Positions 1-11,916 of a stretch of 64,000 nt of DNA are shown here, piece by piece. Position 1 is the stretch's first letter. Every line of letters starts with the position of its first letter. The notes under the pieces were generated by a model that made no database searches, was not told the DNA's origin, and saw nothing but the letters and a program-made list of their open reading frames with translations. This DNA is from Felis catus (Eukaryota): the NCBI RefSeq assembly GCF_018350175.1, contig NC_058369.1, forward strand, positions 20,834,001 through 20,898,000, in the 5' to 3' direction. The position numbers and the translations under genes were made by a program.

Positions 1-329
1 TCATCAGCACTTCCATGACCTCTGGGGAGATGCACCAGGAACACAGAGTGCTCCAAGGATAGGACGCAATTCAGCACTGTTAAGGTTCACAGAGCCAGTG
101 ACAGAACCTGGCATCCACAGGGCCACTCCCCACGGCCCCAGCCTGGACACCTCTGCCCTCCTCCCCAGCCCTTCCCAGGGCACCAGACCTGGCATCAGAC
201 CAGAGGGCCCCATCCAGAGTTCACCTGTGAGGGTGTTCCTAGGTGCTCAGGCCTGTCTGGCCTGGGAGGCCCAAGCTTTAGCCCTGCTGGCGTCCTGGGC
301 TCCATTCACTTAACAGTCCCCCCAACCTT

Positions 330-735
330 TGCTGAGCACTGTGCTTGGTGCTAGGAACAGAGTCATGAGACAGCACAGCCCTGGCCTCATGGAGTCAACA
401 TGCAGGGCTGTGGAAAGAGCAGTGGTATTGGAGGGCATCTTGGAAGAGCAGGGGTACAAGGCTGGGTTGGGGGTGAGAATGATGGGATGAGGGATGATTG
501 CCCCACCAAGATCTGGGGGAGGAGCATTATACAGGGCAAAAGGGACAGCAACAGCAAAGGCCCCAGGTGGGGATTTGTTGGGTAGGGTTAAGGGACAGAG
601 AAACAAGTAGAGGGACAGTGTCACTGAGGTGGGGGGGCCTTACAGACTCCATGAGGACATGGCTTCTGCTGAGTGAGAGGGAGACACAGAAGAGCTTTGA
701 GCAGAGGAGGACCTCTGTGTTTTAGCCTTAGAAAG
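330..735 (-). mobile_element. Degenerate L2 fragment
   Basis: gagcactgtgcttggtgctagg...cctggcctcatggag...aagagctttgagcagagg, typical of antisense L2 3' region. Confidence 0.5.
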
Positions 736-757
736 ATCCCTCTAGCTGTTCTAAGAT

Positions 758-850
758 CAGTGGTTTTCCAAGTGATGTCCTGGCAGCAGCTCCTGACAAC
801 TTGCAGAAATTCAGATTCCCCAGCACCCTGCTGAATCTGGAATCCTGGTG
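758..850. mobile_element. MER5A-like hAT-Charlie fragment
   Basis: cagtggttttccaagtg...gaaattcagattcc...ctgaatctggaatc. Confidence 0.55.
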
Positions 851-1263
851 CCCCTCAAGCAGCATTGCTCAAGGTCTCCCGCCCGGCCAGAGGCTTGGAG
901 AAGAAAGCAGGGTGGAAATGAGACTCACACTCTCTCTCCACCCACTCCCAGAACACTGTTGCAGCACACAGCCTGATACAGGCTCTGCCAAAACCCACAA
1001 GCAAGAAACTGGTTTACCTTTGTTCAGCCCATCTGAATTATATAATAGGCTTTCCTAACTTACTTGACCACAGAACTTTTTTTTTTCCAGAGAACACTGT
1101 GAAACGTCCTGCACCAGTGCTACTTAGGGTGCACTTTGGTTTATTTTCTCTGGGCTCCTGCACTGCACCTGGCACACATTGGCCACTCAACAACCACTCT
1201 TTGGAAAGTACACAAATCTCCCTATGGTGACGCTGACTAGATTTTGGGGATTTATAAATCTAC

Positions 1264-1279
1264 TGACCTCTCCTGAACT
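1264..1279 (-). promoter_or_regulatory. Perfect DR4 nuclear-receptor element (AGTTCA-ggag-AGGTCA)
   Basis: + strand TGACCT ctcc TGAACT; function untested. Confidence 0.55.
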
Positions 1280-2751
1280 CAGGGGGACATACTGGTTATG
1301 CTGGAACCCCAGGGGTCTGGGAAGATCAGGAACAAGAAGGGGAAGAAGGAGGGGCTGCCTCTGGCCTTTCCAGAACAATGACTGTCTCTTGTACTGAGCC
1401 ACCCTGCCTGAGCTTGCAGTTATGTGGCAGCTTTTCTAGAAGGTTCTTTCTGCCAGTGTGTTGCTTGTTAAGAAGGCTTGGGTGAGTCCCCCAGAGATCA
1501 GGCTTTGTGGCGCCCTGTCTCACAGGCTCCTCCTGTGACCCTGACAGACAGCCAGGTATCAGGCCTTCAGTGAGAGCATAGCTGGGCTCTCCTTTGTTCC
1601 CAAGGAAACCTCACTGGGGCCCGTTCATTATTGAGAGACATTTGCCTTAAGGTTTGAGTAGAATCTCAGGAGCCAGGTGGCTTAAGGAGGCCCAGGAAGT
1701 GCTTGAGGGGTCACAGGATCACAGCTGTCCCTATCATGAGTGCCAGAAAGGACTTGGAACCACCAAGTCCATGCCTCCATTAAACAGGTGAAAAAATCGA
1801 GGTCCTGAATGAAGAGACTGTTATTATCACACAGCTTGACTGTAGTGCCCCAGAGTCCACACAGGCCTGTTGGGTACTTTTCAGAGTTGTACAGGACCAT
1901 CAGGGCATCCGTGAGTATTATGGACACAGAAGAGGCAAGCCGAGGGAAGGATAGGGCTCTTGATAGCCTTGACCTCATCAGGGATGTGGGTTGGGGAAGG
2001 GATGGTGATGACACATCCCAGGGAGGTAGTGAGCACTTTGGGAGGTTGGGATAGCAGTAAGGGGGAGGGGCAAAGTAACGTGCACAACCCTGTGACCCTA
2101 CATGGTTCAGCCCACGTGTGTGACCTCATGTATGACAATGTCACAACCATGGTGCACTGTGGCTGCCCTAGCATGCCTGCCTGTAACAATGTGACTTTGC
2201 AGCTATATATGGCTATGAGCATGTGTGTTACTGTTCCTATGATCAGAGTGGCTGGGCATGTGGCTGTGCAGAGGTGGTATCAGTGACTCTAGCACCTGCG
2301 GGCCTGAGACCATGAATGAACTTGAGAGATATCCAGTGTGTGCACCTCTGAACGTGACTAGCAGGTTGCTCTGGCAGAAACTTGGCCCTAAGAACTCACA
2401 AACCTGATTTGTCACTTCAGAGTTACCAGCAGAGATGCAGGGAAACTGTGGAAAAACTATTTTCTAAATGTAGTTAGGCAGAGGTAAATGAGAGCATTCC
2501 TGCTGCACGGTCATGGTCATCCTCTGATGTGCTGGCCACATAGGTGGTTGGAGAAAGACAACAAGAAGGGGCGAAGGTCTGGGATGGGGAAGACTTACTA
2601 CTTGTCCTGTGGTCTGTCCTGTAGCCCCCATCCCATGCCAGCTCTGCTCCACAGACCAGGCCCAGGATCAGAGGTGGCCTGACTCAGGACAAGCACAGAG
2701 GGAGGCGTGGAGGAGGCTGCGTGGACACCTGTGAGGGCCCATGTGTGCTTG

Positions 2752-2955
2752 TTAATGTTTATTTATTTTTGAGAGAAAGAGACAGAGCACGAGCAGGGGA
2801 GGGGCAGAGAGAGAGGGAGACACAGAATGCAAAGCAGGCTCCAGCCTCTGAGCTGTCAGTACAGACCCCTACATGGGGCTCGAACCCACGAACCATGAGA
2901 TCCTGGCCCATGCCAAAGTAGGACGCTTAACTGTCTGAGCCCCCCAGACGCCCCC
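2752..2955 (-). mobile_element. Can-SINE (tRNA-derived carnivore SINE)
   Basis: Antisense poly-T, (GA)n tract and tRNA-like head. Confidence 0.92.
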
Positions 2956-4259
2956 CAGTGCGTGCTTGTATATGGATGAGAGGAGGTGTGGTGGCAGGAT
3001 GCTCAGAATGTGGGCGCTCACAAATCTCCCCAGGGCAAGCTCCTACAAATGCCCAAGCAAGGGGGTGCCTGTTAGATGACCTTGCGAATTCCCCTTCCCA
3101 TCTCTGGGTTATCTGCTGACCAACCATCTGCTTCTTGCTTTCCACACTTGCCTCTTGCTGACACAATCTGCCCACAAACTGCCCCATTTCTGGGGCCTGA
3201 GAACCCACACAAACCTATGCATTCACACAGTCCACAGCAAATCCTCATTTATTTACCCATTCCATTTATTCATTCATGCATGCATTTGCTCGTTCATCCA
3301 TCCATTCATTCAACAAATGCTCATTGAGTACCTCTCTTGTGAGCCACCAGCACTGCTGACCCCCTCAAGCACCCTTCTCCCCAAGTCAGAGCAATGAAGG
3401 CAAAATCCCAATGGACCTTGATGTGGGTAGCTCAGAAAAGAGGAACCTAGGGCCTGGGTGGCATGGTGACAGTTACCTAGAGGGAAGCACTGAGCCCGTG
3501 TCACAACCAGGGTGATGCATTCAAGCCGGATGGGTTCTGGAGGTTGGGTAAATGTCATGGGTGGCCTTGCCCCATGCTAGCCCCCCCTGGCTGGGTCTGG
3601 CACGGCCACCCTGACTGAAGCCCAGGGTTTGCTGAAGTTGAGCCTCAAGGCTTCAGAGCTGTCTCCCAATCCCAAACTTCACACAGTAAGGTCCATCTCT
3701 TGGCCGGCTCTCAGGGCCCTTCAGTTGGGGCCAGGCTGCCTCTGCTGCCCTTCATGCTACGCCAGCCTCTGTGACTTCAGTGAGGCCTCAGAGGCTTGGA
3801 GGCCTTCCAGCTCCTACCCACTCTCCCTCCTCAGGGTCCTCAAAGTTCTAGAGAGCCCATTCGAGCATGCCCACCTCCCACAGACTTCTCGCCCATGTTT
3901 TCTTGCTCATATATTTGTCATAATAACAGTAATATAATGAAACACACCCATGCCTCCTCAGCCCTGGGCAAGACGGCTGGTGTTCCCAACTTTCCATGTT
4001 ATAAAGTGCACTGGCCAGGGCTGGAGGTGGCCAAGGGCATAGATTCCCCAGCCTGGCCTGTTCTATCCCCATCCTTGTTGGCTCCTTCTGGTCCATTAGG
4101 ACTCACCTCCTCAGAACATCAGAGGGGGAACTTCACCATCAGAACATCCCCTCCTCAAAGAGGCCTCCTCAAACCCCAAACAAAGCAGCCCCTATTCTTG
4201 TCAGACCACCTATGTGAGCACTCATTCTGTGGTCACATGTTGACACGGGCTTGTATTTA

Positions 4260-4342
4260 CTATATATGTGTGTGTATATGTATGTATATATGTGCATATA
4301 CGTGTATATGCGTATGTATATGTATATATATATACACATATA
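4260..4342. repeat. (TA/TG)n compound microsatellite
   Basis: tatatatgtgtgtgtatatgtatgta... Confidence 0.9.
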
Positions 4343-4465
4343 GTCTCCCCCACTAGACCATCCATCCCATGAGAACAGGACTACATCTGCCTTGTTCTGT
4401 CTTAAAATCTAGTCCAATACCTGGTAAACAGTGGGTGCACAGTAAGTATTTGCTGAATAAATAAA
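4343..4465 (+). mobile_element. L2 3' end
   Basis: tctccccactagac...catgagaacaggact...agtatttgctgaataaa. Confidence 0.65.
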
Positions 4466-4585
4466 CCTATTTATCCTTTTCCAGAAAACTACTTCACTTC
4501 ATCAAGGGTCTGAGGCTGCTCACAAGAACACATACAATTCAATATCAGAGAAAAAACAACCCTGGAATCAAAGATTTTGACCTTT

Positions 4586-4718
4586 GGGGCACCTGGGTGG
4601 CTCAGTCAGGCTGCTTCAGATTCTGTGTCTCCCTCTTTCTCTGCCCCTCCCTGGCTCACACTCTGTCTCTCTCTCTGTCTCAAAAATAAATAAAATGTGA
4701 AAAAAATTAAAAAAAAAA
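4586..4718 (+). mobile_element. Can-SINE with internal deletion
   Basis: ggggcacctgggtggctcagtc joined directly to ctgcttcagattctgtgtctc, (CT)n, poly-A. Confidence 0.88.
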
Positions 4719-5918
4719 GATGTAAACCTTTGGCTTGCCCTTTGACCTAGTGATTTCATTTCTAAATATCCCACAGAAGTCCTCACCCCATACAAAGAAG
4801 CACGTTCAAGAATTTGTATGAGCAACCTACCGGAAACCACGGAGCAACTAGAGATGAGGTAGGCCACAAGAAGTCTCTCTGCTCGCTACAGGGCTCTCTC
4901 CAGGCTACAGTGTTAAACACAAAAAACAAGGAGCAAAATGTGTCTTATGAATGCAGGTCATTTATAGTAGGCAGTCAACAGGTAAATGTTGAATGACTGA
5001 GTAGGATCTTTCTGGAAGGACCCATAAAAACTTGGAAGTAGTGGTTGTGTCTATGGGCAGATTTGAATGAGGGAAAAATTTTCTTTTACCATGTCATACT
5101 ATTTGCATTTTAGCCATATTCAAATATTATCTACTCAGCTAAGTTTTTGATATTTAAAAATATAAGAATTCCAAGTGTTCACATCAAAATCTGGATGTGA
5201 GGCTATTCTTGAAATAATGGGAAGAAGGCCTGGCCACACTAGGTTGTGTCCCATAGATGACAATGAGCAGAGCGGAGACATAGAGGATCCCAGGGCACCC
5301 ACTGCCCTGCCTGACCTGGTCCCTGCAGAACCCTGTGCTGCTAACCCCAAGTCTATGAGGCACAGGGATTAGCTTGCTAGGTCTGCAGGGTGGGTGGTGG
5401 GGCTAAGAAGCCATCCCGAAAGAGAAGGGTCGTTATTTGGTCATCACTCCTGTGCTGATTTCACCCCAACGATTCCAAAGGCCACAGCAGGGCCACAGCA
5501 ATCCTAGGGTTGGTGAATGTTGGCATGTCACAAGCCTGCTAGTCTTGCACAAGAACCTGTTAACTCAGTACCAGCCGGGCCCCAACAGTGCCTCTAGTCT
5601 CACCTCCCCCACCAGGGCTTGAGGGCTTTCATTCAACCCAAAGGGGATCCTGGAGAGAAGGAGCCACCTCGACCCAAGGTTCTTGGCAAGGAGGAGGGTG
5701 ACAGGGCAAGGACACGTTGGGAAGGCAGATCTGGCTCAAATACTGCCTTGAGCTCTGAAACTTTGGACAAGTTACTTTGCCGAGGCTCAGTTCCTTCATC
5801 CGTAGCCACCAGCTAATACTAACTGCATGCTGTTTCCAGGTGCTGATCCCTCCCACCACAAGCACGGAGGCAGTGGCTCAGCGAGCCCTCGTGTCAACCG
5901 TGTGTGTTTATCACCAGG

Positions 5919-6310
5919 TTTATCAGTCAGGGTTCTCCAGAGAGACAGAACCAGTAAGATAGATATAGGTATATGAAGAGAGAAATTGATTTTAAGGAAT
6001 TGGCTCAGATGACTGGAGGCTGGCAAAGCTGAAATTTGTAGGGCAGTCTAGCAACCTGGAAACTCAGGATTCCGATGTTACAGCCTGCAGCAAAAGACCT
6101 TCTCCACAAAACCTTGGTTTTTGCTCTTTAAGGCCTTCAGCTGATTGTATGAGGGCCACTTACATTATCAAGGATAATTTCTCTTAAAGTCATCTGACCG
6201 TTGATGTTAATCACATGTACAAAATACCTTCACAGCAGCATCTGGACTGGTGTTTAACCAAACAATGGGCACCATGGCCTAGTCAAATGGACACATAGTT
6301 CAACCATCAC
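5919..6310 (-). mobile_element. MLT2-type (ERVL) solo LTR
   Basis: tatcagtcagggttctccagagagacagaacc...ttaaggaattggctca...aaccatcaca. Confidence 0.8.
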
Positions 6311-9300
6311 AGAAAGTACCACTCCCTCTTCGTGCATGCAGAAATGGAAGCTGAGAGAGGCTGTGCTGTCTGCCAAAGGCCAGGGGGCACACGGAGACGG
6401 AGCTGGGAGCTGAACACAAGCAGGATCCTGCCTCCACTCTCTAAGAATGGGTTGCGTATCTCCACTTTGTAGGGCACATTCGGGAATTAGGTGCAGAGAC
6501 ACGCACAAGTGCCAGGCCTGTGCCTATGGCAGAGGCAGAATTCAGGAAGGCATGGGCTGTTCTTAGGGATTGCTGTTAGCACTGGAGAAGGCTGGAGTGT
6601 CCAGGAGGCCCGGGAGAGGAGGAGACAGAAAGGAGGCGAGTTCTGGAGTACAGGACAGAAAACCTGTAGAGCCAGGGCCCCCTTTTCTCCTTCCAGGAGC
6701 CCCAAAGAGAGAGGAAGGCAGAAGGGGGTCTGTGCCAGGCTGTGAGTCCTACTGCTAAGCATCTGGGCCCAGAGCTGTTAACCCAGGTGCAGGGGATAGA
6801 GAAGGAATACAGTGTCTACCAGTGTGTGGGTTCTGGAAGGAATCTTCCCTCCTGAGGCCATGACTGGCTGCCCAGAGGTCCCTCAAAGTAAGTGACTCCC
6901 ACTAAGAGTCAGGCTGGTTGGCTCCTTGGCTGGGAAGTCCCATCTGCCTACCCAAACTAGGCCGATTTCCCGGAAGTAGAGAGAAGCTTCCACTCAGACC
7001 TTGACCCCCAACACAGTCCCAGTCTTATTCCTCCCAGCTTCCTCATCCTCCTCAGGGTAGAATGCTAGACCAGAAGGCACAAGGCCAACAGGTAAGCCAC
7101 ACTCTCCACTTGCTGGTTGTGTGAATTTGGGCAAGCTACTTAACCATTCTGAGCTTCTGCCCTATGGATGGGTCTCCTCATTCCACTTACCTGTAGGGTT
7201 GCTCCGAGGGGACATGAAATTGTGCACATAATCACAGCGCAAGGCCAAAACATTGAGGAGAGCTGTTCTTGTTGCCATACCCATTCGCTGTAGTATTATA
7301 ATCCCTCCCTGGCCTTCTCCTAGTTACCCTTGTCCAGTACCACTTCTCTGAGCCTCCCTCACTCTTTCCCTATTCCTCCTCCTTTGCTTCAGCTCCTCAA
7401 TGTCTGGCAGAAGGGGTGCTGGGCAGGCCTTCAAATGCTCCTGGGCCAGAGAGATTTAAGGGCCTTACCTTGGTTGATAATCACATTGTTGATAACAGTG
7501 GGACTCTGGCAGCAGTTAGTTGGGACTCCAGCCTCCTCCAATCTCCATCACACACCCCCTTCTCCCTCTGAGCCGCAGCCTCCTTGGCCTCCTGATGTCC
7601 CTCCTCCATACCAGCCTCCTCCAGCCTTCACTGGGGGCCCCCTCAGCCTAGCTGACCTGTCCACGGCAGCATCTCCTCAACACCAGGATCCAGCTCTGAT
7701 GTGGGTCTCCCTCCCTGCCATTCTCTGTCCCCACGCCCTTGACCACACTGGTCACAGTCTCAAAACAGGTACTTTCCTGCCGTCTCACTCCAGCATCCCA
7801 GGAGGGCAGGGAACAAGGCTCCTCCATCCTGTGAATACTATACAGGCCAGAGGGGCAGGGGCTTAGCCTACTCCATCCCATCACCACCCATCACTTCACA
7901 GGCCCTGCCCTGGTCCGATCTGTATGCAGGGGCTGTGGGTGGGGCCTGAATGAGGACAAACACTAGGGAACTCATCTCTTAGTCCCTTCCAGAAAGCCCT
8001 CACAACCAGCCTGATCTTTCCCCTAACCCCTTGCCTCAGACTGTCCTCCAGAGGCTGTGAGGGCAGAAAAGCCCAGTGTGTGGCTTAGAAAGCAAGACAC
8101 TTGGGTCCCCTTGCGGACCAAACCTCACTTGCTATGTGGCCTTGAGTGAGACCTCTCCCCTCTCAGGATCTTAGTCACCCTGGCTCTAAAATGGGTTAGG
8201 GCTACAGACACATACTCAGATGCCTACAAAGCCAGAAATATGTTATTGCTGGGACATTACATGTCGTAAGGATCGGGGACCCACTGACGGGAGGGCTGGT
8301 AGAGAACTGGGGAGAACAAATTATGCCTGGGCCAGCTCAGGGGCTCCAGGCATGCTGATCCCTCAAGGAAAGTTGGGAATATTTCAGTGTAACAATATCT
8401 TGATTATTAAATGTTGGTCACTAATCCACATTTTTAAAAAGCACTGTTTGGGTCAAAGAGAACGTATCTGGAACACAGTTTGTGGGTTCTATCCTAGAGG
8501 GCTAGGCTCAGGGGTCCTCCAAGGCTTTTTGGGAGAATAGTGTTTGCTCTTTGGGGGTAGGGGATACTATTCCCTACGTGCAATCCACCCCCCCCCCCAA
8601 CACACCTCCTGGAGCATTTGATGGCTTTGCCCCAATCCAGCCCCTTTCTCCTCTAGCCAATCAGAACCCACCCCTTGCTCCAAAGCTGGCTTTACAAACC
8701 CAGGCCCAGGCCTGTCTTCTGGGTGGGCCAGAGCCTAAGAAGACTCCAAAGGAAGGGCCAGCACAAGGCAGGTGTTGGGGACCCTCCCACCCTGCCCAAC
8801 CCTTAGAATCCATCTCCTATGCTAATTATTGGACCCTATTACTGTTAACCCTGGAGCTCACATTTCCAACTCTGTAGGGCAGAGCTGAACTGTTTCCAGA
8901 GTCTCTAACCATTCTGTAAGGCTGATCTCCCACTCATTGCCCGCCAGACAGACAGACAGACACTAACATCCCAAGGAGCATGGCTGGCTCACAACCAAGG
9001 GCACACCAAGCTCAGAAGAACAGGCTAGAGGTTTTATTTATCTTCAAAACTGTCCCATGTCCATCTGGATCTCCTGGGGCTGGGGAATTGGAGGGATTTC
9101 TTGCCTGGCTGATAGATGTTGAAAATGAGGCTCAGAGGAAAGCAGTAAGCTTGTCCAAGGTCCCTTGTTGGCTCCTTCACTCTGACAGAGAGGCACTACT
9201 ACAAGTAGTTTCTGGGGCCCAGAGTGGAAAAGGATGAATTCTGGGGCTGGGATTGACATTTTCCTTCTGCCTTGACCGCTGGAGGAGTGCTGTGTGCAGC

Positions 9301-9392
9301 AGTCCCAGACGACGATGATGACGCAGACTGGGGTGGAGGGAAGAAGTGGGGGAGGAGAGGTCATGCCTCAGCATTGTCCCCGGAATGGAGCC

Positions 9393-9408
9393 TGACCTTG
9401 CCTGAACT
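9393..9408 (-). promoter_or_regulatory. Perfect DR4 nuclear-receptor element (AGTTCA-ggca-AGGTCA)
   Basis: + strand TGACCT tgcc TGAACT; function untested. Confidence 0.55.
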
Positions 9409-9749
9409 CCAGCAGCTTGGTCTTCCCTGCCCAGAGCCAGGGTGATAAGACGAGTTTGTACTGCAGCTCTGAGGAGGGAGGCAAGACAGCAGTGAGGGAG
9501 AAAAGGGAGGGAGGAATGGAGAGAAGAAAGGAAAAAGAATGTGGAAGGAAGAAGAGAGGAGAGGAAGGCTGAATGGGACCCACTCAGACTCATCAGCGAG
9601 ACAGGTGAGGTACTTTCACTTTACAGATGCAAAAACAGAGGCTTAGGATGTGGGATATTTTGCTGATGACCTCACGATCAGAAAGTGGCAGAGCCAGGAT
9701 TAGAACTCATGGCTTTAGTACTTGCCCTTCAAAATCCCAAACTGGAAAC

Positions 9750-9895
9750 CACTCAGGAAACAGTTCCCAAAATGTGGCCCTAAGATATGCTGCCCGCACA
9801 TCACCAAGAGAGAGGCCTGGTGAAAATAGATTCCTGGGTCAGAATCAAAGGGCCATTGCCTGCGAATACGCATTTTGACCATTGCCCTGGTGGTG
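9750..9895. mobile_element. MER5A-like fragment, preceded by a MIR at about 9610-9720
   Basis: aaatgtggccc...acatcacc...aaaatagattcctggg...agaatc; MIR core ttacagatgcaaaaacagaggct. Confidence 0.5.
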
Positions 9896-10344
9896 GTTCT
9901 TGAGCTGACACTGGAAATCTCTGTGGCCCCTTTGTGGCCTTTCTCTCCTACCTCCTCACATTCTAGCTGCATCCCTGAAGCCCAGCTATTCAGGCTGACT
10001 CACACTAACCCTCCAGGACAGGCCTGGGACTTTCCCACTGAAAGCTTCACTTATCAGTCTCCCAGTTGCATGTAGACCCACCCTTCCAGCTGGCACCACT
10101 CTTCCGGAAGGCTTCTTGGTGGTTGGGATCCCCCCTCCTTCAGTGTCTGGGGAGTAACAGCCTCCTCCTCCATCTGGAATTGTTTACAACATTCTATTTC
10201 ACTTTCCAAGTGAGTCTCTTTTGTTTCTCAACCTTTCCCTCTATTAAACAGGAAACTCCCAGCTGGAGCCTTGCTGGTTTAAACAATAAGCCTCTGAAAT
10301 CCATGACTTCACCTGACCGTCCTGCCAACCACAAGTGGCAGGGC

Positions 10345-10565
10345 TGGGAGAGATTTACAATGAGGAAAATGAACCTCAGAGAGGTTGTGGCCTGCCCAAG
10401 GCCAAGTGAGATTCAGTGCCAGGGTTAGAACCCATATTTAGTTCCAATGTCCAGTTCTTTCTGCTTCTGTTTCACCTCTGATCACTCAAACAGTCCTGTG
10501 AGGCAGGTAGAACAGGGATTATGATCCCATTGCCCAGATAAGGAAAGTGAGGCCCAGAGAAGAGC
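10345..10565 (-). mobile_element. MIR fragments (two cores)
   Basis: tttacaatgaggaaaatgaacctcagagaggtt; cccattgcccagataaggaaagtgaggcccagaga. Confidence 0.6.
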
Positions 10566-11679
10566 AAAACACTCAACACCATCTTCACCATTTCCACTTC
10601 TAGGTGCATTTGGGTCTGAGTCCAAGTGCTGACCTTTCCTCATGTCTCCTCTCAGCAGGATGGGGCAGAGCTCGGCCCAGGACTCCTAGGCCAGAGCCCT
10701 CTTCATGGGCCCCTGGACTGGTCCTGGTGCCATTCTGGACCCAGCTGCCTCCTCTGCATGTGGAGACTCCCCTTGCCTGCCTCTCAGCTGGCTGGAGACT
10801 CAAGAGAGAGGGAATTAAGAAGTACCTGGACACATCTTAGTCACCATCACTCTGGACTTTGTCCCTCTTATTATTAATGCCCAGCTAAGGAAGGAGCAAC
10901 CTGGATGGCCCCTTCAAGACTGGAGGAAGGCAGCTGTGAGCCTGGCACAGGCCCAGGCCAACCCAGCTCAAGTTAAGTTGGGAAGGGTGTGGAGCAGATT
11001 GGTGTTCCTGAGAGGGATTTGCCTAACCCTACCCTGCAGGTGTGGACTGGGGAGACCCAAAGGAGCCATGGCCCAACTCTGAACTTTGGGATGGAGTTCT
11101 GAGCCGCCCGGTTGGTGCCAAAGGCGGCCAGCAAGAGACTTCGGACTGCCTGCGATGGAAAAAAAAAGTCATAATAATATGTGTCAAACCCTAACTACGT
11201 CAGGCTTTGCGCCTCCACACTATCTCCAGATAGTGCTCAGAGCTGTGTAGTACACGGGTTCTATCCAGCCCAGCCCCTCTTGCCCTTTGCCTCAGATTAA
11301 GTCCCTTCATCTCGGACTCCGAGGGGTCCCCTCCAGCCTCACCCTCTCCCCACATCACCCCCAGAACCACTCCATCCTTGGGCAAATACACCCCCACCTC
11401 TTCTGGGAAGCCCTTCGTCACAGACAGGGCGGATCCTGCTTTAGACCGTGGTCCGGAACGCCTTCCTTACCCTCCTTCTTCTATATCCAAGGCACCAGTT
11501 TCTACAACCCTATAACGTCCCAGTTGTCCTCAGGGGCACTTCCCCTCCGACTCTGCCCTTTTACAGGGTTCTGAAGCATAGTGCAGTTAGTAGAGAAACA
11601 AGAAGAGGGTGTAGGATCCACTACCGTGCCCCTCCTTCTCTTGGCAGGCGATCCGGGAAAGCCCAGGTCCCAACCGACT

Positions 11680-11820
11680 AGCCAAGCCCACGTAGGGGCC
11701 CCGCCCTTCCTACGCTAAGAGCTCGACGCGGTACGCCTGCGCGGAGGAAGTCCACGCCCATGGCGCATGCGCGGCGCTCACTCTGGCTGTATATTAGGGC
11801 GACGCCGCTCGCGGCCTGAG
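11680..11820 (+). promoter_or_regulatory. ALAS1: ALAS1 core promoter in CpG island: GC box, two NRF1-type sites, ETS core, TATA box
   Basis: CCCCGCCC 11699-11706; ACGCCTGCGC 11733-11742; perfect palindrome GCGCATGCGC 11763-11772; TATATTA 11790-11796; CpG-rich about 11600-12050. Confidence 0.88.
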
Positions 11821-11916
11821 GGTTCCCGCGGACAAGGGCAACGGTTTGGTTCTGCTTGGCCTGGGTGCCTGCCGACTCCGCCACAGCCGCCGCCGCCTCT
11901 GCAGTCCCCCGCGCAG
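11820..11916 (+). other. ALAS1: ALAS1 non-coding exon 1A (TSS approximate)
   Basis: Lies just downstream of the TATA box and ends GCGCAG|gtgagg; resembles the human ALAS1 5'UTR as I recall it. Confidence 0.8.

Noticed and set aside
1283..1382. SH3-like look of the translation GDILVMLEPQGSGKIRNKKGKKEGLP
   Set aside because: Lacks the conserved WW and the upstream ALYDY motif, and ends in a stop; chance resemblance.
3796..4356. 186-aa ORF with a Cys/Ile/Tyr-rich tail
   Set aside because: The tail is a translated (TA/TG)n microsatellite; no domain resemblance and a non-ATG start.
7330..7866. 178-aa Pro-rich ORF with a hydrophobic stretch
   Set aside because: Overlaps pyrimidine-rich degenerate L2-like sequence; no splice or homology support.
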